Shown: positions 29,114-40,983 of the stretch, piece by piece
How positions within the stretch are numbered: the first letter of the stretch is position 1
Layout: every line of letters begins with the position of its first letter
From: Candidatus Tenderia sp.
Lineage (GTDB): Bacteria; Pseudomonadota; Gammaproteobacteria; Tenderiales; Tenderiaceae
Length of the DNA stretch: 46,983 bases
NCBI GenBank assembly: GCA_031416075.1
Contig: JANOSY010000009.1
Location: 1 to 46,983 of the forward strand
Direction: 5' to 3'
Translations under genes and position numbers: made by a program
The notes under the pieces: generated by a model
Database searches by the model: none
What the model was told of the DNA's origin: nothing
What the model saw: the letters and a program-made list of their open reading frames with translations, nothing else

Positions 29114-30766
29114 TTACTCGGCTTCTTTGCTGTTGGCGGTAGTGGTGGCGTCCAGGCGGTCACGGCGGGCATCGGCCTCATCTACCAGTCGCTGCTGCGC
29201 GGGGGTAAGCGCGGTGGTGTTTTTGGGCGGCTCCTGCTGTAGTTCTTTTTTGGCCTGGGCCCGCTCTAGGGCGGCTTGAATGGTCGCCTGTTTGTCGGCC
29301 TCGCCGTTGTCACCGCTGCCAGCCTTCTCTTGCACGGCGGCCCGTTTCTGCGCCAGTCGTGCCTCTTTCTCAAGCTCTTCACGCTCGATGCGGGTCAGAC
29401 GGAATTCGTGGCGCTTGCGTGCCTGGTCGGCCTTCTCTTTCTCACGCTCCTGGGACCAGATCTCGGTCTTGGCAAAACGGTAGTAGTGCACCAGTGGGAT
29501 GTTGCTGGGGCAAACATAAGAGCAGCAGCCACATTCGATGCAGTCAAAGAGGTCATACTCTTGCGTCTTGTCAAACTCCTTGGCACGGGCGTGCCAATAG
29601 AGTTGTTGTGGCAGCAGCTCCACCGGGCAGACTTCAGCGCAGGCGCCGCAACGGATGCAGGGCATCTCCAGGGGCGGCGGCTGATCCGGTTTACGGGTCA
29701 CCAGAATGCAGTTGCTGGTCTTGATGATTGGTATGGCCGTACTGTGCATGGCAAACCCCATCATCGGCCCGCCGATGATGACACGCTCGATGTCTCCGGT
29801 TGTCCCGCCACACTGCTCGAGTAGATGCTGAATCGGGGTGCCGATGGGCACCTCCAGATTGCGCGGCTCTTTTATGCCGTCGCCAGTGATGGTGATGATG
29901 CGTGATACCAACGGCTGGCCATGGCTGATGGCGCGATGGATGGCGTAGGCGGTGGCGACGTTTTGGACGACGACGCCGATTTGGGCTGAGAGACCGTCGC
30001 TGGGGACCTCCTTACCGGTGAGTACCTTGACGAGCTGTCTTCCATCACCTTGGGGGTAGCGGGTCGGCACGGCGACCACCTCGATCCCGATTTCGTTGGC
30101 GGCGGCCTGACACATGGCGGCGATCGCCTCGGGTTTGTTGTCCTCAATGGCAATCAGTACCTCGCGGGCCTGGAGCGCATGGCGCATGATGTTGATGCCG
30201 GCGACGATCTCGCTGGCGCGTTCACGCATCAGCATATCGTCGCAGCTGATGTAGGGTTCACACTCAACACCATTGAGGATCAGGGTGTCGATCACCTTGC
30301 CGGTGGGGTTGAGTTTGATAAATGTCGGGAAACCGGCACCGCCGAGGCCGACAATACCGGCCGCCCGTACCAGATTGCGTAGGTGGCTTGGCTCGATGTC
30401 GGAGTAGTGGCGCTCATCGAGCTGCTGGTTCAGCCAGCGATCTTCGCCATCCGGGGCGATAACAATGCAGGGGGCGCTCAGCCCGGATGGATGGGGGATG
30501 GGGCGCTCTTCAATGGCGATGACGGTGCCGGAGCTGGAGGCGTGCACCGAAGCGCTGACGTACCCCTGGGCACGGGCAATCTCCTGTCCCTTGAGCACAT
30601 ACTGCCCCACCGTAACAACGGGTTCGGCGGATTGGCCAATGTGCTGGTGCAGTGGTATCGCCAGTTCAGCGGCGATGGCGGCCTGGGCGATGGGGTGCCG
30701 GGTCGATAGCTCCTTGTGCTGAGGTGGGTGGATGCCGCCGTGAAAATTCCAGAGTTGGCGGCTCAT
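29114..30766 (-). CDS. rnfC: Rnf/Rsx subunit C
   Basis: [22 protein letters not shown] and two 4Fe-4S motifs ([24 protein letters not shown]), with a charged tail. Confidence 0.97.
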   Translation of the reverse strand: MSRQLWNFHGGIHPPQHKELSTRHPIAQAAIAAELAIPLHQHIGQSAEPVVTVGQYVLKGQEIARAQGYVSASVHASSSGTVIAIEERPIPHPSGLSAPCIVIAPDGEDRWLNQQLDERHYSDIEPSHLRNLVRAAGIVGLGGAGFPTFIKLNPTGKVIDTLILNGVECEPYISCDDMLMRERASEIVAGINIMRHALQAREVLIAIEDNKPEAIAAMCQAAANEIGIEVVAVPTRYPQGDGRQLVKVLTGKEVPSDGLSAQIGVVVQNVATAYAIHRAISHGQPLVSRIITITGDGIKEPRNLEVPIGTPIQHLLEQCGGTTGDIERVIIGGPMMGFAMHSTAIPIIKTSNCILVTRKPDQPPPLEMPCIRCGACAEVCPVELLPQQLYWHARAKEFDKTQEYDLFDCIECGCCSYVCPSNIPLVHYYRFAKTEIWSQEREKEKADQARKRHEFRLTRIEREELEKEARLAQKRAAVQEKAGSGDNGEADKQATIQAALERAQAKKELQQEPPKNTTALTPAQQRLVDEADARRDRLDATTTANSKEAE

Positions 30767-31317
30767 GCCTTGTTGGCCTCGGTCTGTTGTTCTGGGTAGG
30801 ACCATTTCCAGTTAAAGATCTCCTGTGGTACTACTTCCATGGTGATGCAGTCCACTGGGCACGGCTCAAGGCAGAGTTCGCAGCCAGTGCATTCGGCCTC
30901 GATAATGGTATGCATCTGTTTGGCAGCGCCGAGGATGGCATCGACCGGACAGGCCTGGATGCAGAGGGTGCAGCCGATGCAAGTATTTTCGTCGATGATG
31001 GCGACCATCTTTGGCTTCTCTGCGCCCACTTCGGCGTCGAGCGGGATCGGCTCACGGCCCAGCAGGTCGGCCAGGGCGATGATGGTGGTCTGGCCGCCCG
31101 GCGGACAACGGTTGATATCCGCCTCGCCCCTGGCCATCGCCTCGGCGTAGGGGCGGCAGCCGGGAAAGCCACACTGGCCACACTGGGTCTGCGGCAGCAG
31201 GGCGTCGATTTTTTCGGCCAGTGGATCGCCTTCAACCTTAAAACGGACGGCGGCAAAGCCGAGCAGCAGACCAAAAATCAGCGCCAAGGCAGTGAGAGCT
31301 ATTACAGCAGTTAACAT
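30763..31317 (-). CDS. rnfB: Rnf/Rsx subunit B
   Basis: [26 protein letters not shown] and [12 protein letters not shown]. Confidence 0.97.
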   Translation of the reverse strand: MLTAVIALTALALIFGLLLGFAAVRFKVEGDPLAEKIDALLPQTQCGQCGFPGCRPYAEAMARGEADINRCPPGGQTTIIALADLLGREPIPLDAEVGAEKPKMVAIIDENTCIGCTLCIQACPVDAILGAAKQMHTIIEAECTGCELCLEPCPVDCITMEVVPQEIFNWKWSYPEQQTEANKA

Positions 31318-31320
31318 GAT

Positions 31321-31902
31321 TTAGCCCTTCACCAAGCCTGTAAAGCCCATAAACGCCAGGGACATCAAACCAGCGGTAATCAATGCAATCGCAGGGCCGC
31401 GAAAAGGGAGGGGTACGTCAGCGACAATGATCCGCTCACGCATCGCGGCAAACAGGATCAGCACCATGGAAAAACCGACCGCCGCACCAAAACCGTAGAG
31501 TGCAGACGAGATAAAACCGAAATCCTGCTGCACGTTGAGCAGTGCCACGCCCAATACCGCACAGTTGGTGGTGATGAGAGGCAGAAAGATCCCCAGTACC
31601 TGATATAACACAGGGCTGGTTTTATGCACCACCATCTCGGTGAACTGCACTACCACGGCAATTACCAGAATAAAGGTGATGGTGCGTAGGTACTCCAATC
31701 CCAGTGGTGCCAGCATATAGGTATTGGCTAGGTAGCTACAGACGGAGGAGAGCGTCAGCACAAAGGTGGTCGCCAGCGCCATACCGGTTGCCGTCTCTAG
31801 TTTTTTAGAGACCCCCATAAAAGGGCAAAGCCCCAGAAATTTTACCAGGACAAAGTTATTTACCAGCACAGTGCTGATCAGTATCAGAGCGTATTCGGTC
31901 AT
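31321..31902 (-). CDS. rnfA: Rnf/Rsx subunit A
   Basis: [19 protein letters not shown] and [13 protein letters not shown]. Confidence 0.97.
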   Translation of the reverse strand: MTEYALILISTVLVNNFVLVKFLGLCPFMGVSKKLETATGMALATTFVLTLSSVCSYLANTYMLAPLGLEYLRTITFILVIAVVVQFTEMVVHKTSPVLYQVLGIFLPLITTNCAVLGVALLNVQQDFGFISSALYGFGAAVGFSMVLILFAAMRERIIVADVPLPFRGPAIALITAGLMSLAFMGFTGLVKG

Positions 31903-32072
31903 CTCTCTCTTCTGGTTGGTGAGTCAGCTATATGATCAATAAGACGCACAGTGCGGCCGGTTGGTGCAATGTTGGGTTTATCACCACGAGCGGCCATCCT
32001 AGGCTTCCTATATCACAAATTCAACACTGAATTTATATATGATATAGATCCTGGTTATATACGATGCGGTGC

Positions 32073-32098
32073 GTAACAGCGGTTTTAACCGCTGTTAC
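32073..32098. terminator. Perfect 12-bp inverted repeat overlapping the metG stop codon
   Basis: GTAACAGCGGTT-TT-AACCGCTGTTAC. There is no clear U tract, so it may be a stabilising hairpin instead. Confidence 0.5.
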
Positions 32099-34158
32099 TT
32101 CACCTTCATACCCGGTTGTGCGCCAGCGTGGGGCTCCAGAATCCAGAACTCCTCACCGCCGGGGCCGGCAGCCAATACCATCCCCTCTGACAGACCAAAG
32201 CGCATCTGGCGCGGCGCAAGGTTGGCCACCATGACCGTCAATTTGCCCTCCAGCTGTTCGGGAGAGTAGGCGGACTTGATGCCGGCAAACACATTACGGG
32301 TCTTTTCCTCGCCGATATCCAGGGTGAGCTGTAACAGTTTGTCAGCCCCTTCAACATGATCCGCCTTGACGATGCGGGCGATACGTAGATCAACCTTGGC
32401 AAAATCATCGTAATTGATCTGTTCCATCTTCACTTCCTTGGTGGCCTGTTCTTTGGGTGGAGTTTTATTCGGGGCAGAGGAGGTTAGCTGCGGCTTGAGG
32501 GTGTTCACACTCTCCGCCAGTAGCGCGTCAATCTGCTTTTGCTCGATACGTGTCATCAGATGCTGGTAAGCATTGATCTGCTGGTCCAGCAACAGCGTGG
32601 TAGCGTCATCCCACTGTAGCGGAGCAATGTGTAGAAACGCCTCAATCTGGCTGCTCAGTCGTGGCAATACCGGCTTTAGATAGAGTGTTAACAGGCGGAA
32701 GGCGTTGATCAGGGTTGTACAGACCTGCTGCAACTCATGTTCTCTGCCCGGCTCCTTGGCCAACACCCAGGGTTTGGTCTCATCCACATATTCGTTGGCG
32801 ACATCGGCCAGGGCCATGATCTCGCGCATCGCCTCACTGAACTGGCGATTCTCGTAGAGCTCGGCAATCTGTGGCTGTCTGTTTTGAATGGTGGTCAGCA
32901 GTGTAGCGCCCGCGTCGTCCAGTGTTGCACACAGCTGCCCATCAAAGCGGTTTTTGATAAAACCGGCCGAGCGTGAGGCAATGTTGATATATTTCCCTAC
33001 CAGATTGCTGTTAACCCGGGCAGCAAAGTCCTCAACGTTCAGATCAATATCCTCAATCCGGTCGCTCAGTTTGGCGGCAAAGTAGTAGCGCAAATATTCA
33101 GGATTAAGATGGTTCAGATAGGTGCGGGCCATAATAAATGTCCCACGGGATTTAGACATCTTTTGGCCGTTCACGGTGAGAAAGCCGTGCACGTTGATCT
33201 TGGTCGGGGTGCGATGGCCAGAGAACTTCAGGGTCGCGGGCCAGAACAGGGCGTGAAAATAGAGGATATCCTTGCCAATAAAATGGTAAATCTCCGTATC
33301 GCTCCCCTCACGCCAGTAACTGTCAAAATCCAGCCCCTTTAGGGCGCAGAGATTTTTGAAGCTCGCCATGTAACCAATCGGCGCGTCGAGCCAGACGTAG
33401 AAATATTTGCCTGGCGCATCAGGGATCTCAAACCCAAAATAGGGGGCATCGCGGGAGATGTCCCAATCCTTCAGTCCCGACTCAAACCACTCGCTGATCT
33501 TGTTAGTAGCCTCTGCCTGCAGCGGTGGTTGCTGGTTTTCCAGTAACCACTGCTTGAGGAAACTTTCGCACTCACCCAATTTAAAAAAGTGGTGTTCCGA
33601 CTCCTTCAAGATGGGCGTAGCGCCAGAGATAGCCGAGTAAGGGGCAATCAGATCAGTAGGCGCATAGGTGGCACCACATACCTCACAAGAGTCACCATAT
33701 TGATCAGCCGCCTTACATTTGGGACAGCAGCCCTTGATAAAACGGTCCGGCAGAAACATCTGTTTTTGCGGATCATAGAGCTGCTCAATGGTGCGAATGT
33801 CAATCAGTCCAGCGGCCTTGAGCTTGCGGTAGATATCCTGGGATAATTCGCGGTTCTCCTCCGAATTGGTGGAGTAGTAGTTGTCAAACGCGATGTGAAA
33901 ATCGGTGAAATCCCCCAGATGTTCGCGGTGAACACGTTCAATCAGAGCCTCCGGCGTGATCCTCTCCTGCTCGGCACGCAACATAACCGGTGTGCCGTGG
34001 GTATCATCAGCGCAGACATAGTGACACTCATGGCCACGCATCTTCTGAAAACGGACCCAGATATCCGTCTGAATATACTCAACCAGATGGCCCAGATGGA
34101 TTGAGCCGTTGGCATAAGGAAGGGCGCTGGTAACCAGAATTTTGCGTTGTGCGGCCAT
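32095..34158 (-). CDS. metG: Methionine--tRNA ligase with C-terminal tRNA-binding domain
   Basis: ALPYANG, HLGH, zinc-knuckle cysteines, KMSKS and FAKVDLR. Confidence 0.99.
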   Translation of the reverse strand: MAAQRKILVTSALPYANGSIHLGHLVEYIQTDIWVRFQKMRGHECHYVCADDTHGTPVMLRAEQERITPEALIERVHREHLGDFTDFHIAFDNYYSTNSEENRELSQDIYRKLKAAGLIDIRTIEQLYDPQKQMFLPDRFIKGCCPKCKAADQYGDSCEVCGATYAPTDLIAPYSAISGATPILKESEHHFFKLGECESFLKQWLLENQQPPLQAEATNKISEWFESGLKDWDISRDAPYFGFEIPDAPGKYFYVWLDAPIGYMASFKNLCALKGLDFDSYWREGSDTEIYHFIGKDILYFHALFWPATLKFSGHRTPTKINVHGFLTVNGQKMSKSRGTFIMARTYLNHLNPEYLRYYFAAKLSDRIEDIDLNVEDFAARVNSNLVGKYINIASRSAGFIKNRFDGQLCATLDDAGATLLTTIQNRQPQIAELYENRQFSEAMREIMALADVANEYVDETKPWVLAKEPGREHELQQVCTTLINAFRLLTLYLKPVLPRLSSQIEAFLHIAPLQWDDATTLLLDQQINAYQHLMTRIEQKQIDALLAESVNTLKPQLTSSAPNKTPPKEQATKEVKMEQINYDDFAKVDLRIARIVKADHVEGADKLLQLTLDIGEEKTRNVFAGIKSAYSPEQLEGKLTVMVANLAPRQMRFGLSEGMVLAAGPGGEEFWILEPHAGAQPGMKVK

Positions 34159-34229
34159 GGGGTGACGACTGTTCTCGATGACGTTGAAGAGCGTGAAGTA
34201 TACCTCAACTTAGCCATCCGGACGGCCTG

Positions 34230-34262
34230 AAAACGCCATCTGCCAGATTATGGCAGATGGCG
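34230..34262 (-). terminator. Rho-independent terminator of the 34276-35235 gene
   Basis: CGCCATCTGCCA-5 nt-TGGCAGATGGCG 12-bp stem, followed by TTTT on the minus strand. Confidence 0.8.
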
Positions 34263-34275
34263 AGGACTGCTTTAA

Positions 34276-35235
34276 TTAGAAGTTAGGGACGTTAACAGTA
34301 GGGTCGGAGAATGCGGCCCAGTTTGTGCTGTAAATATCGTAGACGGACGTTTCGTAGGTGTAGGTGCCGTTACTACCAACAGGGCCGTTACCAAAATTGT
34401 AAATATACTTACCTGCATTCATGTTGGATTTTTGGCTGCTGGTATTTATGTCGAAATCGGTGAGGATCTCGTTTGTCTGGGTGTCCGTAATAAGCAAGGT
34501 ATTGGTCATTGGGGCACCGGTGATCTGGGCCTCTGCGCCGAAATAAGTAAGTGCACTCATGTCCAGCACAAAATTACTTGATATGCCACTTCCGTTAACA
34601 GTCTGGGTTATTTTAGGCTTGTTATCAACGTTGGCCTTGAGTGTTTCCTGTGCGAAGCCGACGCCTTTGACGGTCTGTCTGAAAACAACCCTGTTAGGCG
34701 TGGTCGTGCCGTTGCCTGAGATCGAACTTTGAGATAATGGGTCATAAAAGACCCCGGTAACTGAGGGGTTTAGAATCCCTGAATTTGGCGGGGTAGCATC
34801 GATCCCGCCATTAAGCTCTCCGTAACTGGCGGTCATTCTATAGCCTTTGAACCAGAAGGTATTGGCCGTGGAGATGTAGCTCTCCTGGCTGAAGTCGCTA
34901 TTGGGGTCGCCGACTAACGTATGGTAATAATAGGCCTTAGTAACAGGATCCTGCGCCAGCTCCATTAAAAAGGGTGTCTTGTCGGGGTCATATTTACGAG
35001 GAGCTGCGTCGTGGTTTCCACGGATGCAGTATTCATCTGCGCTATGTTGGCACGTGACGAAAGTTTTGAGCTCTACGTTATTAGGGTCGGGTTTGACGGC
35101 GGGCAGGAAATTCAGCTCAAGCTGAGCACTGGCCATGGGGGTAAACCCCATCGCTATTAAAAGCAACGCCGTAACCACAGCCCTTGGTTGTAATGATTGT
35201 ATCTGTTGATTATCCATGTGCCCCCACAGCTCCAT
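34276..35235 (-). CDS. Hypothetical exported protein
   Basis: 319-aa ORF with a hydrophobic stretch and an ASA|Q cleavage-like site; Asn/Thr/Ser/Gly-rich mature part; own terminator. No family recognised, and the start may be at MDNQQ. Confidence 0.75.
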   Translation of the reverse strand: MELWGHMDNQQIQSLQPRAVVTALLLIAMGFTPMASAQLELNFLPAVKPDPNNVELKTFVTCQHSADEYCIRGNHDAAPRKYDPDKTPFLMELAQDPVTKAYYYHTLVGDPNSDFSQESYISTANTFWFKGYRMTASYGELNGGIDATPPNSGILNPSVTGVFYDPLSQSSISGNGTTTPNRVVFRQTVKGVGFAQETLKANVDNKPKITQTVNGSGISSNFVLDMSALTYFGAEAQITGAPMTNTLLITDTQTNEILTDFDINTSSQKSNMNAGKYIYNFGNGPVGSNGTYTYETSVYDIYSTNWAAFSDPTVNVPNF

Positions 35236-35487
35236 TGCTGAGTTTATTTGTACATCAGCCTACCCTTTACTATGAGTATCACGATTACACTTACGCTTCA
35301 AGTGGGTAAAAGTAACGTAATAGTCGAAGGTGATCTGTATTGTAGTGCGTTTTGGCACGGTAGTTTAATTCTCTGGTGGTTGAGGTGTAAAGTTTTTACA
35401 CTGTTTTACCTAGACGGAGTCCGTTATTATAGTTGATTGGATTGCTTGGTTATTTGGTTGGTATGGTTTTATTTGGGAGTGAATGGC

Positions 35488-36579
35488 ATGTCTGACGTTA
35501 CGCGGTTGGTGATAGAGGAGGCTATTAAAGGGGTGTTTGATCCGTACCTTGGTCAGGATCTGATCAGTGCCGGGGTGGTGAAGGATGTGACTGTACAGAG
35601 GGGAGTGGTGAGTGTGGCTATTGTCATGCCCTATCCTGCTAAGGGGTATGTTGCGACGCTGGCACGGCAGCTGGAGGCGGCGATTGGCCCGGTGGCTGGG
35701 GGCTGTGAGATTGCTGTTTCGATCACCCATGAGGTGGTGGCGCGTTCGGTGCAGCGCGGCGTGAAGTTGATGGATAATGTGAAAAATATTATTGCCGTTG
35801 CCTCGGGTAAAGGTGGGGTGGGCAAGTCGACAACGGCGGTCAATTTGGCTTTGGCACTGGCCCAGGAGGGCGCTCGGGTTGGGTTGCTGGATGCGGACAT
35901 TTATGGTCCGAGCCAGCCGCAGATGCTGGGCATTAAGGGGCGTCCTGACTCTAAAGACGGCAAAAGCATGGAGCCGTTGGAGAATTACGGTATTCAGTCG
36001 ATGTCGATCGGTTATCTGATTGATGTGGATTCGCCGATGATCTGGCGTGGCCCGATGGTGACCCAGGCGCTGGAGCAGTTGCTGCGTGAGACTAACTGGC
36101 GTGATCTTGATTATCTGGTGATCGATTTGCCGCCAGGTACGGGGGATGTGCAGCTGACGCTGTCGCAAAAGATTCCGGTCAGTGGTGCGGTGATTGTGAC
36201 AACGCCCCAGGATATTGCCCTACTGGATGCACGCAAGGGTTTGAAGATGTTCGAAAAGGTGGATGTGAATGTGTTGGGTGTGGTTGAGAATATGAGCACC
36301 CATATTTGCAGTAGCTGTGGTCATGAAGAGCACATTTTTGGTAATGGCGGTGGCGCTCGTATGGCGGAAGAGTACGGTATTGAGCTGTTGGGTTCACTGC
36401 CGCTGGATATCTCTATTCGTGTCGATGCGGACAGTGGTAAGCCCAGTGTGGTGGCCGATCCTGAGGGGGTGATTGCCCAGGCGTACTGTGAAATTGCCCG
36501 CAAGGTGGCGGCTAAGCTGGCCAAAAAGGCTAAGGATTTCAGCCACAAATTTCCCAATATTGTCATTCAGAACAGCTGA
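35488..36579 (+). CDS. apbC: Fe-S cluster carrier ApbC/Mrp
   Basis: SGKGGVGKST, DADIYGPS, WRGPM, DLPPGTGD and ENMS..CSSC. Confidence 0.97.
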   Translation: MSDVTRLVIEEAIKGVFDPYLGQDLISAGVVKDVTVQRGVVSVAIVMPYPAKGYVATLARQLEAAIGPVAGGCEIAVSITHEVVARSVQRGVKLMDNVKNIIAVASGKGGVGKSTTAVNLALALAQEGARVGLLDADIYGPSQPQMLGIKGRPDSKDGKSMEPLENYGIQSMSIGYLIDVDSPMIWRGPMVTQALEQLLRETNWRDLDYLVIDLPPGTGDVQLTLSQKIPVSGAVIVTTPQDIALLDARKGLKMFEKVDVNVLGVVENMSTHICSSCGHEEHIFGNGGGARMAEEYGIELLGSLPLDISIRVDADSGKPSVVADPEGVIAQAYCEIARKVAAKLAKKAKDFSHKFPNIVIQNS

Positions 36580-36662
36580 TGGTGGGCGGCGTCAGGTGAC
36601 TGTTGCCGCCAATTTCTCTACAATGTGGCGCTTCTTTGGCCAGTCAAGCGGATGTTTCAGCG

Positions 36663-37229
36663 ATGAGTATTAAATCGGATAAGTGGATTCGCCGCATGGC
36701 GGATCAGCATGGAATGATCGAGCCGTTTGAGCCGGGCCAAGTGCGTGAGGCCAATGGCCAGCGCATTGTCTCTTATGGGACCTCCAGTTATGGGTACGAT
36801 GTGCGTTGTTCTGATGAGTTTAAGATATTTACCAATATCAACTCCGCCATTGTTGATCCTAAAAATTTCGATTCCAACAGCTTTGTGGATGTGAAGGCTA
36901 ATGTCTGCATTATTCCACCTAACTCTTTTGCCTTGGCACGGACAGTGGAATATTTCCGTATACCTCGTAGTGTATTGACGATTTGCCTTGGTAAGTCGAC
37001 CTACGCCCGTTGTGGCATTATCGTCAATGTTACACCGCTGGAGCCGGAGTGGGAGGGGCATGTGACGCTGGAGTTCTCCAATACAACGCCGCTGCCCGCC
37101 AAGATCTACGCTAACGAAGGTGTGGCGCAGATGCTGTTTTTTGAGTCGGATGAGGTGTGTGAGGTCTCTTATGGCGACCGTGGTGGTAAATATCAGGGGC
37201 AGACCGGGGTGACGCTGCCCCGCACCTGA
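36663..37229 (+). CDS. dcd: dCTP deaminase
   Basis: [33 protein letters not shown] and KYQGQ. Confidence 0.97.
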   Translation: MSIKSDKWIRRMADQHGMIEPFEPGQVREANGQRIVSYGTSSYGYDVRCSDEFKIFTNINSAIVDPKNFDSNSFVDVKANVCIIPPNSFALARTVEYFRIPRSVLTICLGKSTYARCGIIVNVTPLEPEWEGHVTLEFSNTTPLPAKIYANEGVAQMLFFESDEVCEVSYGDRGGKYQGQTGVTLPRT

Positions 37230-37255
37230 TGGTCATTCTAATAAGTAATAGTGTG

Positions 37256-38008
37256 TTAGGGGACGTTGGCAGCGACAGGGATTGGAATGGGGATACCTGA
37301 CAGGTTGACCAGTTTCAAAAGTGCGCTGCCGCGTTCGTCATGTTGTTCGATCAAGACCGGTAGGTAGTTGAGTTTTTTGGCGCACCAGAGCGTGGTGGTG
37401 CGGGTGCCGGTGGTCTGTAGTTTGAGGGTCTCAAACTCGCCTAATGCCGTTTGGATGCGCTCTTCCCCGACTATTTCAAACGTAGTTATTTTTGCGGTGC
37501 CGTCATCGATAACGTTGTACTCCAGTTTTGTCCGCTTCCCTTGTTGCAGATCATTGACCAGCGCGAGCTGGTAGAGCAGCTTATCCTGTGAGCCGTTGGT
37601 GAGCACGAGTTTCCATGGCTCTTTGTTGGTCACGTCGGTGACCCGTCTGTTTTTCCAGTCAAAGACCAGCTTGAGGTGACGCTCTTTTTTACTGTCGCCG
37701 GAGCGGTCATAAGAGTAGATGAGTGGGCGCAGTTGCTGGTTCTCGTAACGCCATTCGCTACGCTCAGTCAGTACTGATTTGGTGAACCAGTGGGCATAAC
37801 CGACTGCTTTGGAGCTGGATTCATAGACGTAGCTGCCATCCCCTTTGGGATAGAGCTTGCGGGTCATTTCGGCGAGGGCTAAGGGGCCAACACTGAGGCT
37901 GTAGGTGGCATCGAATTTCTCTGGCAGTCCGGCGGCATTGCCACAGTTAAGGATAGTTAAAAGGGTGAGGGTGGCGGCTGCGATGAGTTTCTGGAGTGGC
38001 CTGTTCAT
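37256..38008 (-). CDS. DUF3108-family exported protein
   Basis: Signal peptide, F.ATY, QDKLLYQL, GEE.I.TALG.F.T and LWCA..LNYLPV; typical position after purN. Confidence 0.82.
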   Translation of the reverse strand: MNRPLQKLIAAATLTLLTILNCGNAAGLPEKFDATYSLSVGPLALAEMTRKLYPKGDGSYVYESSSKAVGYAHWFTKSVLTERSEWRYENQQLRPLIYSYDRSGDSKKERHLKLVFDWKNRRVTDVTNKEPWKLVLTNGSQDKLLYQLALVNDLQQGKRTKLEYNVIDDGTAKITTFEIVGEERIQTALGEFETLKLQTTGTRTTTLWCAKKLNYLPVLIEQHDERGSALLKLVNLSGIPIPIPVAANVP

Positions 38009-38661
38009 AAGAATTTTTTTTCAAGTTGGGTAATCGGTTGGTTGTCGAGCAGTGCCTGACCATCGCGGAGGGTGAGTCGCCCGTCGGTATACCACTTGAT
38101 GGCCTGTGGGTAGATGATGTGCTCTTGGGCTTGTGCTCGTTCTGTCAGTGTGTCGGTATTGTCGTCTCTGAGAATGGGGAGGGTGGCGCGGATGATGACC
38201 GGGCCGCCATCCAGTTCCGGCGTGACAAAATGGACACTCACCCCGTGCTCTTTAACACCTGAATCGAGGGCGCGCTGGTGGGTATTTAGCCCCTGAAAAT
38301 TGGGTAATAACGAGGGGTGGATATTGATGAGCCGCCCGAGATAGTGGTTAACAAAGGTGGAGGTCAATATCCTCATAAACCCAGCAAGTACGATGAGTGT
38401 TGGGTGATAGCCGTCGATGAGTTGCTCCAGCTCAATCTCAAAGCTGCGACGTTCTTTGAAGTCGTTGTGGTTGACGATATGGGTGGGTATGCCTGCGGCG
38501 CGGGCGCGCTCCAGCCCCGGGGCGGTGGGGCGGTTACTAATGACCGCCCGTATCTCCGCGTTGATCTCGCCGCTGGCACAGCTATCGATGATGGCCTGCA
38601 GGTTACTGCCGTTGCCGGAGATGAGGACAATCAGCGGTTGTGGGGGGATTGCCGCGGCCAT
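38005..38661 (-). CDS. purN: Phosphoribosylglycinamide formyltransferase
   Basis: ISGNGSNLQA, LAGFMRIL, NIHPSLLP and LDGGP. Confidence 0.98.
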   Translation of the reverse strand: MAAAIPPQPLIVLISGNGSNLQAIIDSCASGEINAEIRAVISNRPTAPGLERARAAGIPTHIVNHNDFKERRSFEIELEQLIDGYHPTLIVLAGFMRILTSTFVNHYLGRLINIHPSLLPNFQGLNTHQRALDSGVKEHGVSVHFVTPELDGGPVIIRATLPILRDDNTDTLTERAQAQEHIIYPQAIKWYTDGRLTLRDGQALLDNQPITQLEKKFL

Positions 38662-39719
38662 TACTGGATGGTGACAAGGTGGTCGCTACCGGCGGCGTTC
38701 TGGATGGTGCCGATCTGCCAGGCGGTCTCGCCGTGTTGGCGCAGGCATGCCAGGGTGGCATCGACATCGGCGGCAGCGATGATAACGGTCATGCCAATGC
38801 CGCAGTTAAAGGTGCGGTGCATCTCATCGCTCTTGACGTTGCCCTGCTCCTGCAGCCAGTCGAAGATCGGCGGGCGCTGCCAGGTCTGGCTATCGAGCGC
38901 TGCCATGCACCCTTCAGGCAGGACGCGTGGGATGTTTTCCAGCAGGCCGCCGCCGGTGATGTGGGCCATGGCGTGCACGTCCACTTTAGTGAGCAGATCG
39001 AGCAGGGGTTTGATGTAGATGCGGGTGGGGGTGAGCAGGGTCTCGCCTAAGCTGCTGTCGCCAAAGGGATCGCTGAGTTTGGCACCGCTGATGTCGATAA
39101 TTTTACGCACCAGTGAGTAGCCATTGGAGTGGGGGCCGGAGGAGGCGATGCCGATGATGGCGTCACCCGCCTTGACCTTGCTGCCGTCGATGATATTGGC
39201 TTTTTCAACCACGCCGACACAGAAACCGGCCAGATCGTAATCTTCGCCGTGGTACATGCCTGGCATTTCGGCGGTTTCGCCACCGATCAGGGCGCAACCG
39301 GCCTGTACACAACCGTCGCCGATACCTTGGACAACGGCGCTGGCGTTGGCCACGCTCAGCTTGCCGGTGGCGTAGTAGTCGAGGAAAAAGAGCGGCTCAG
39401 CCCCCTGTACAATCAGGTCATTGACACACATGGCCACCAAATCGATGCCGATGGTGTCGTGTTTACCCATCTCCATGGCCAGTTTGAGTTTGGTACCCAC
39501 GCCATCGGTGCCGGAGACCAATACTGGCTGGCGGTAGCGGTCGACAGGCAGTTCAAACAGGGCACCAAAACCACCCAGTCCTGAGAGTACGCCAGGACGG
39601 CGGGTGCGGGCGGCAACGGGTTTGATGGCCTCCACCAAGGCGTCTCCAGCGTCGATGTCGACACCGGCATCACGGTAGCTTAAAGAGGTTCTGTTTTTTG
39701 AATCGGGAGAGTTGCTCAT
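38661..39719 (-). CDS. purM: AIR synthase
   Basis: [37 protein letters not shown] and TFNCGIG. Confidence 0.99.
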   Translation of the reverse strand: MSNSPDSKNRTSLSYRDAGVDIDAGDALVEAIKPVAARTRRPGVLSGLGGFGALFELPVDRYRQPVLVSGTDGVGTKLKLAMEMGKHDTIGIDLVAMCVNDLIVQGAEPLFFLDYYATGKLSVANASAVVQGIGDGCVQAGCALIGGETAEMPGMYHGEDYDLAGFCVGVVEKANIIDGSKVKAGDAIIGIASSGPHSNGYSLVRKIIDISGAKLSDPFGDSSLGETLLTPTRIYIKPLLDLLTKVDVHAMAHITGGGLLENIPRVLPEGCMAALDSQTWQRPPIFDWLQEQGNVKSDEMHRTFNCGIGMTVIIAAADVDATLACLRQHGETAWQIGTIQNAAGSDHLVTIQ

Positions 39720-39921
39720 GCTGTTAGTTCGCTCTTTCGTTATCTGCTGACGCCAAGACGGTGTATTATTTTAAAGGAAGTTGAGTGGTACGGCGACTCC
39801 TAAAGCGTCGCTTGACCAAAACCGGGTATTATCCAGGGGTTGTGGGCTGTTCCTGATGGTGGTGGGAGGGGCGGGTTTTCAAACTGCTGTTTTTGAGGTT
39901 GCTGGAGTGTTTTTGTCTGTG

Positions 39922-40983
39922 ATGAAGAGTTTAATAACCAGAATTGGCCTGTTTTGTCTGCTGTGGGTGTTGGCGTTGCCGGGGCAGACGGGTGAGGCGG
40001 TGGGGCTTTATGAGGCCGAGGTGCCTGTTAAAGGGCAGGGCAGCGATGAACGATTGGCGGCCTATGCCGCGGCGATGGCTCAGGTGGTTGTTAAGCTTAC
40101 GGGGGATCGTGGTGCACCGCAGTCGCCTCGTCTGTCGAGGGTAATGGCCTCAGCCCAGAAATGGGTCCAGCAGTATAGCTACCGGGCGCAGGAGGCGGCT
40201 GCACTGCGGGCGGAGGGGTACTCCCGCCTGCTGCTGGTGCAGTTTGATGAGCGCTCTTTGAGTCAGGCGCTGGTGGCGGCTGCGGTACCGCTGTGGGGGC
40301 GGAACCGGCCCGATATGATGGTCTGGCTGGCGCTGGAGGATGGCCCGTCACGGACGTTGTTGGCGGCTAATGATGGTACGGAGTTGGCGTTGGCGCTGGC
40401 GACCCATACCCGTCGCCGGGGTTTGCCGTTGGTATTGCCGACGGCAGGGGAGCAGATGGGACTGAGTTTTGCTGATGTCTGGGCGGATGCCCGCCAGCCG
40501 ATTATGAACAGCTCTAAACGTTACGGTGCCAATGCGGTGCTGGTGGGGCGTATTAGCCGTCTTGCCAACGGTAGCTGGCAGGGGCGCTGGAGCCTCTACC
40601 AAGGGGAGGATATTCAGCGTTGGTCTGGTGACGAGGTGGAGCAGGTGGCTGTGGTAGCGAGTGGTGTGGATGGTGCGGCGGACCGTTTTGCCCAGCGTTA
40701 CGCCCAGCTCCTGACAACCGGCACCGCCAATCAGGTGGCGCTGCTGGTGACCGATGTAACAACACTGGCGGCCTATGCCCAGGCACAGCAGTATCTGCTC
40801 TCGCTGGATCTGATCACTAAGGTTCAGGTGACCAAAGTGCAGGGCAGTGAGGTGCTCTTTACCCTGGATGTGCGCGGTGATGCCAGCGGCATTGATAGTG
40901 TCATTAACCTGGGTGGAATCCTGCGGCGCTCCACGGCCGTGCGTGCAGATAATCAGACCTTGGTTTATCAACTGCTGCCGTAA
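39922..40983 (+). CDS. DUF2066-family exported protein
   Basis: Signal peptide, LY.AEVPV, VKLTG, W..NRP...VWL and RRGLPL.LP; divergent from purM as is typical. Confidence 0.85.
   Translation: MKSLITRIGLFCLLWVLALPGQTGEAVGLYEAEVPVKGQGSDERLAAYAAAMAQVVVKLTGDRGAPQSPRLSRVMASAQKWVQQYSYRAQEAAALRAEGYSRLLLVQFDERSLSQALVAAAVPLWGRNRPDMMVWLALEDGPSRTLLAANDGTELALALATHTRRRGLPLVLPTAGEQMGLSFADVWADARQPIMNSSKRYGANAVLVGRISRLANGSWQGRWSLYQGEDIQRWSGDEVEQVAVVASGVDGAADRFAQRYAQLLTTGTANQVALLVTDVTTLAAYAQAQQYLLSLDLITKVQVTKVQGSEVLFTLDVRGDASGIDSVINLGGILRRSTAVRADNQTLVYQLLP

Noticed and set aside
26774-31314. Long antisense ORFs over the rnf genes (and similarly over alaS, purM and apbC)
   Set aside because: These are shadow frames of GC-rich, well-conserved genes, with no recognisable motifs.
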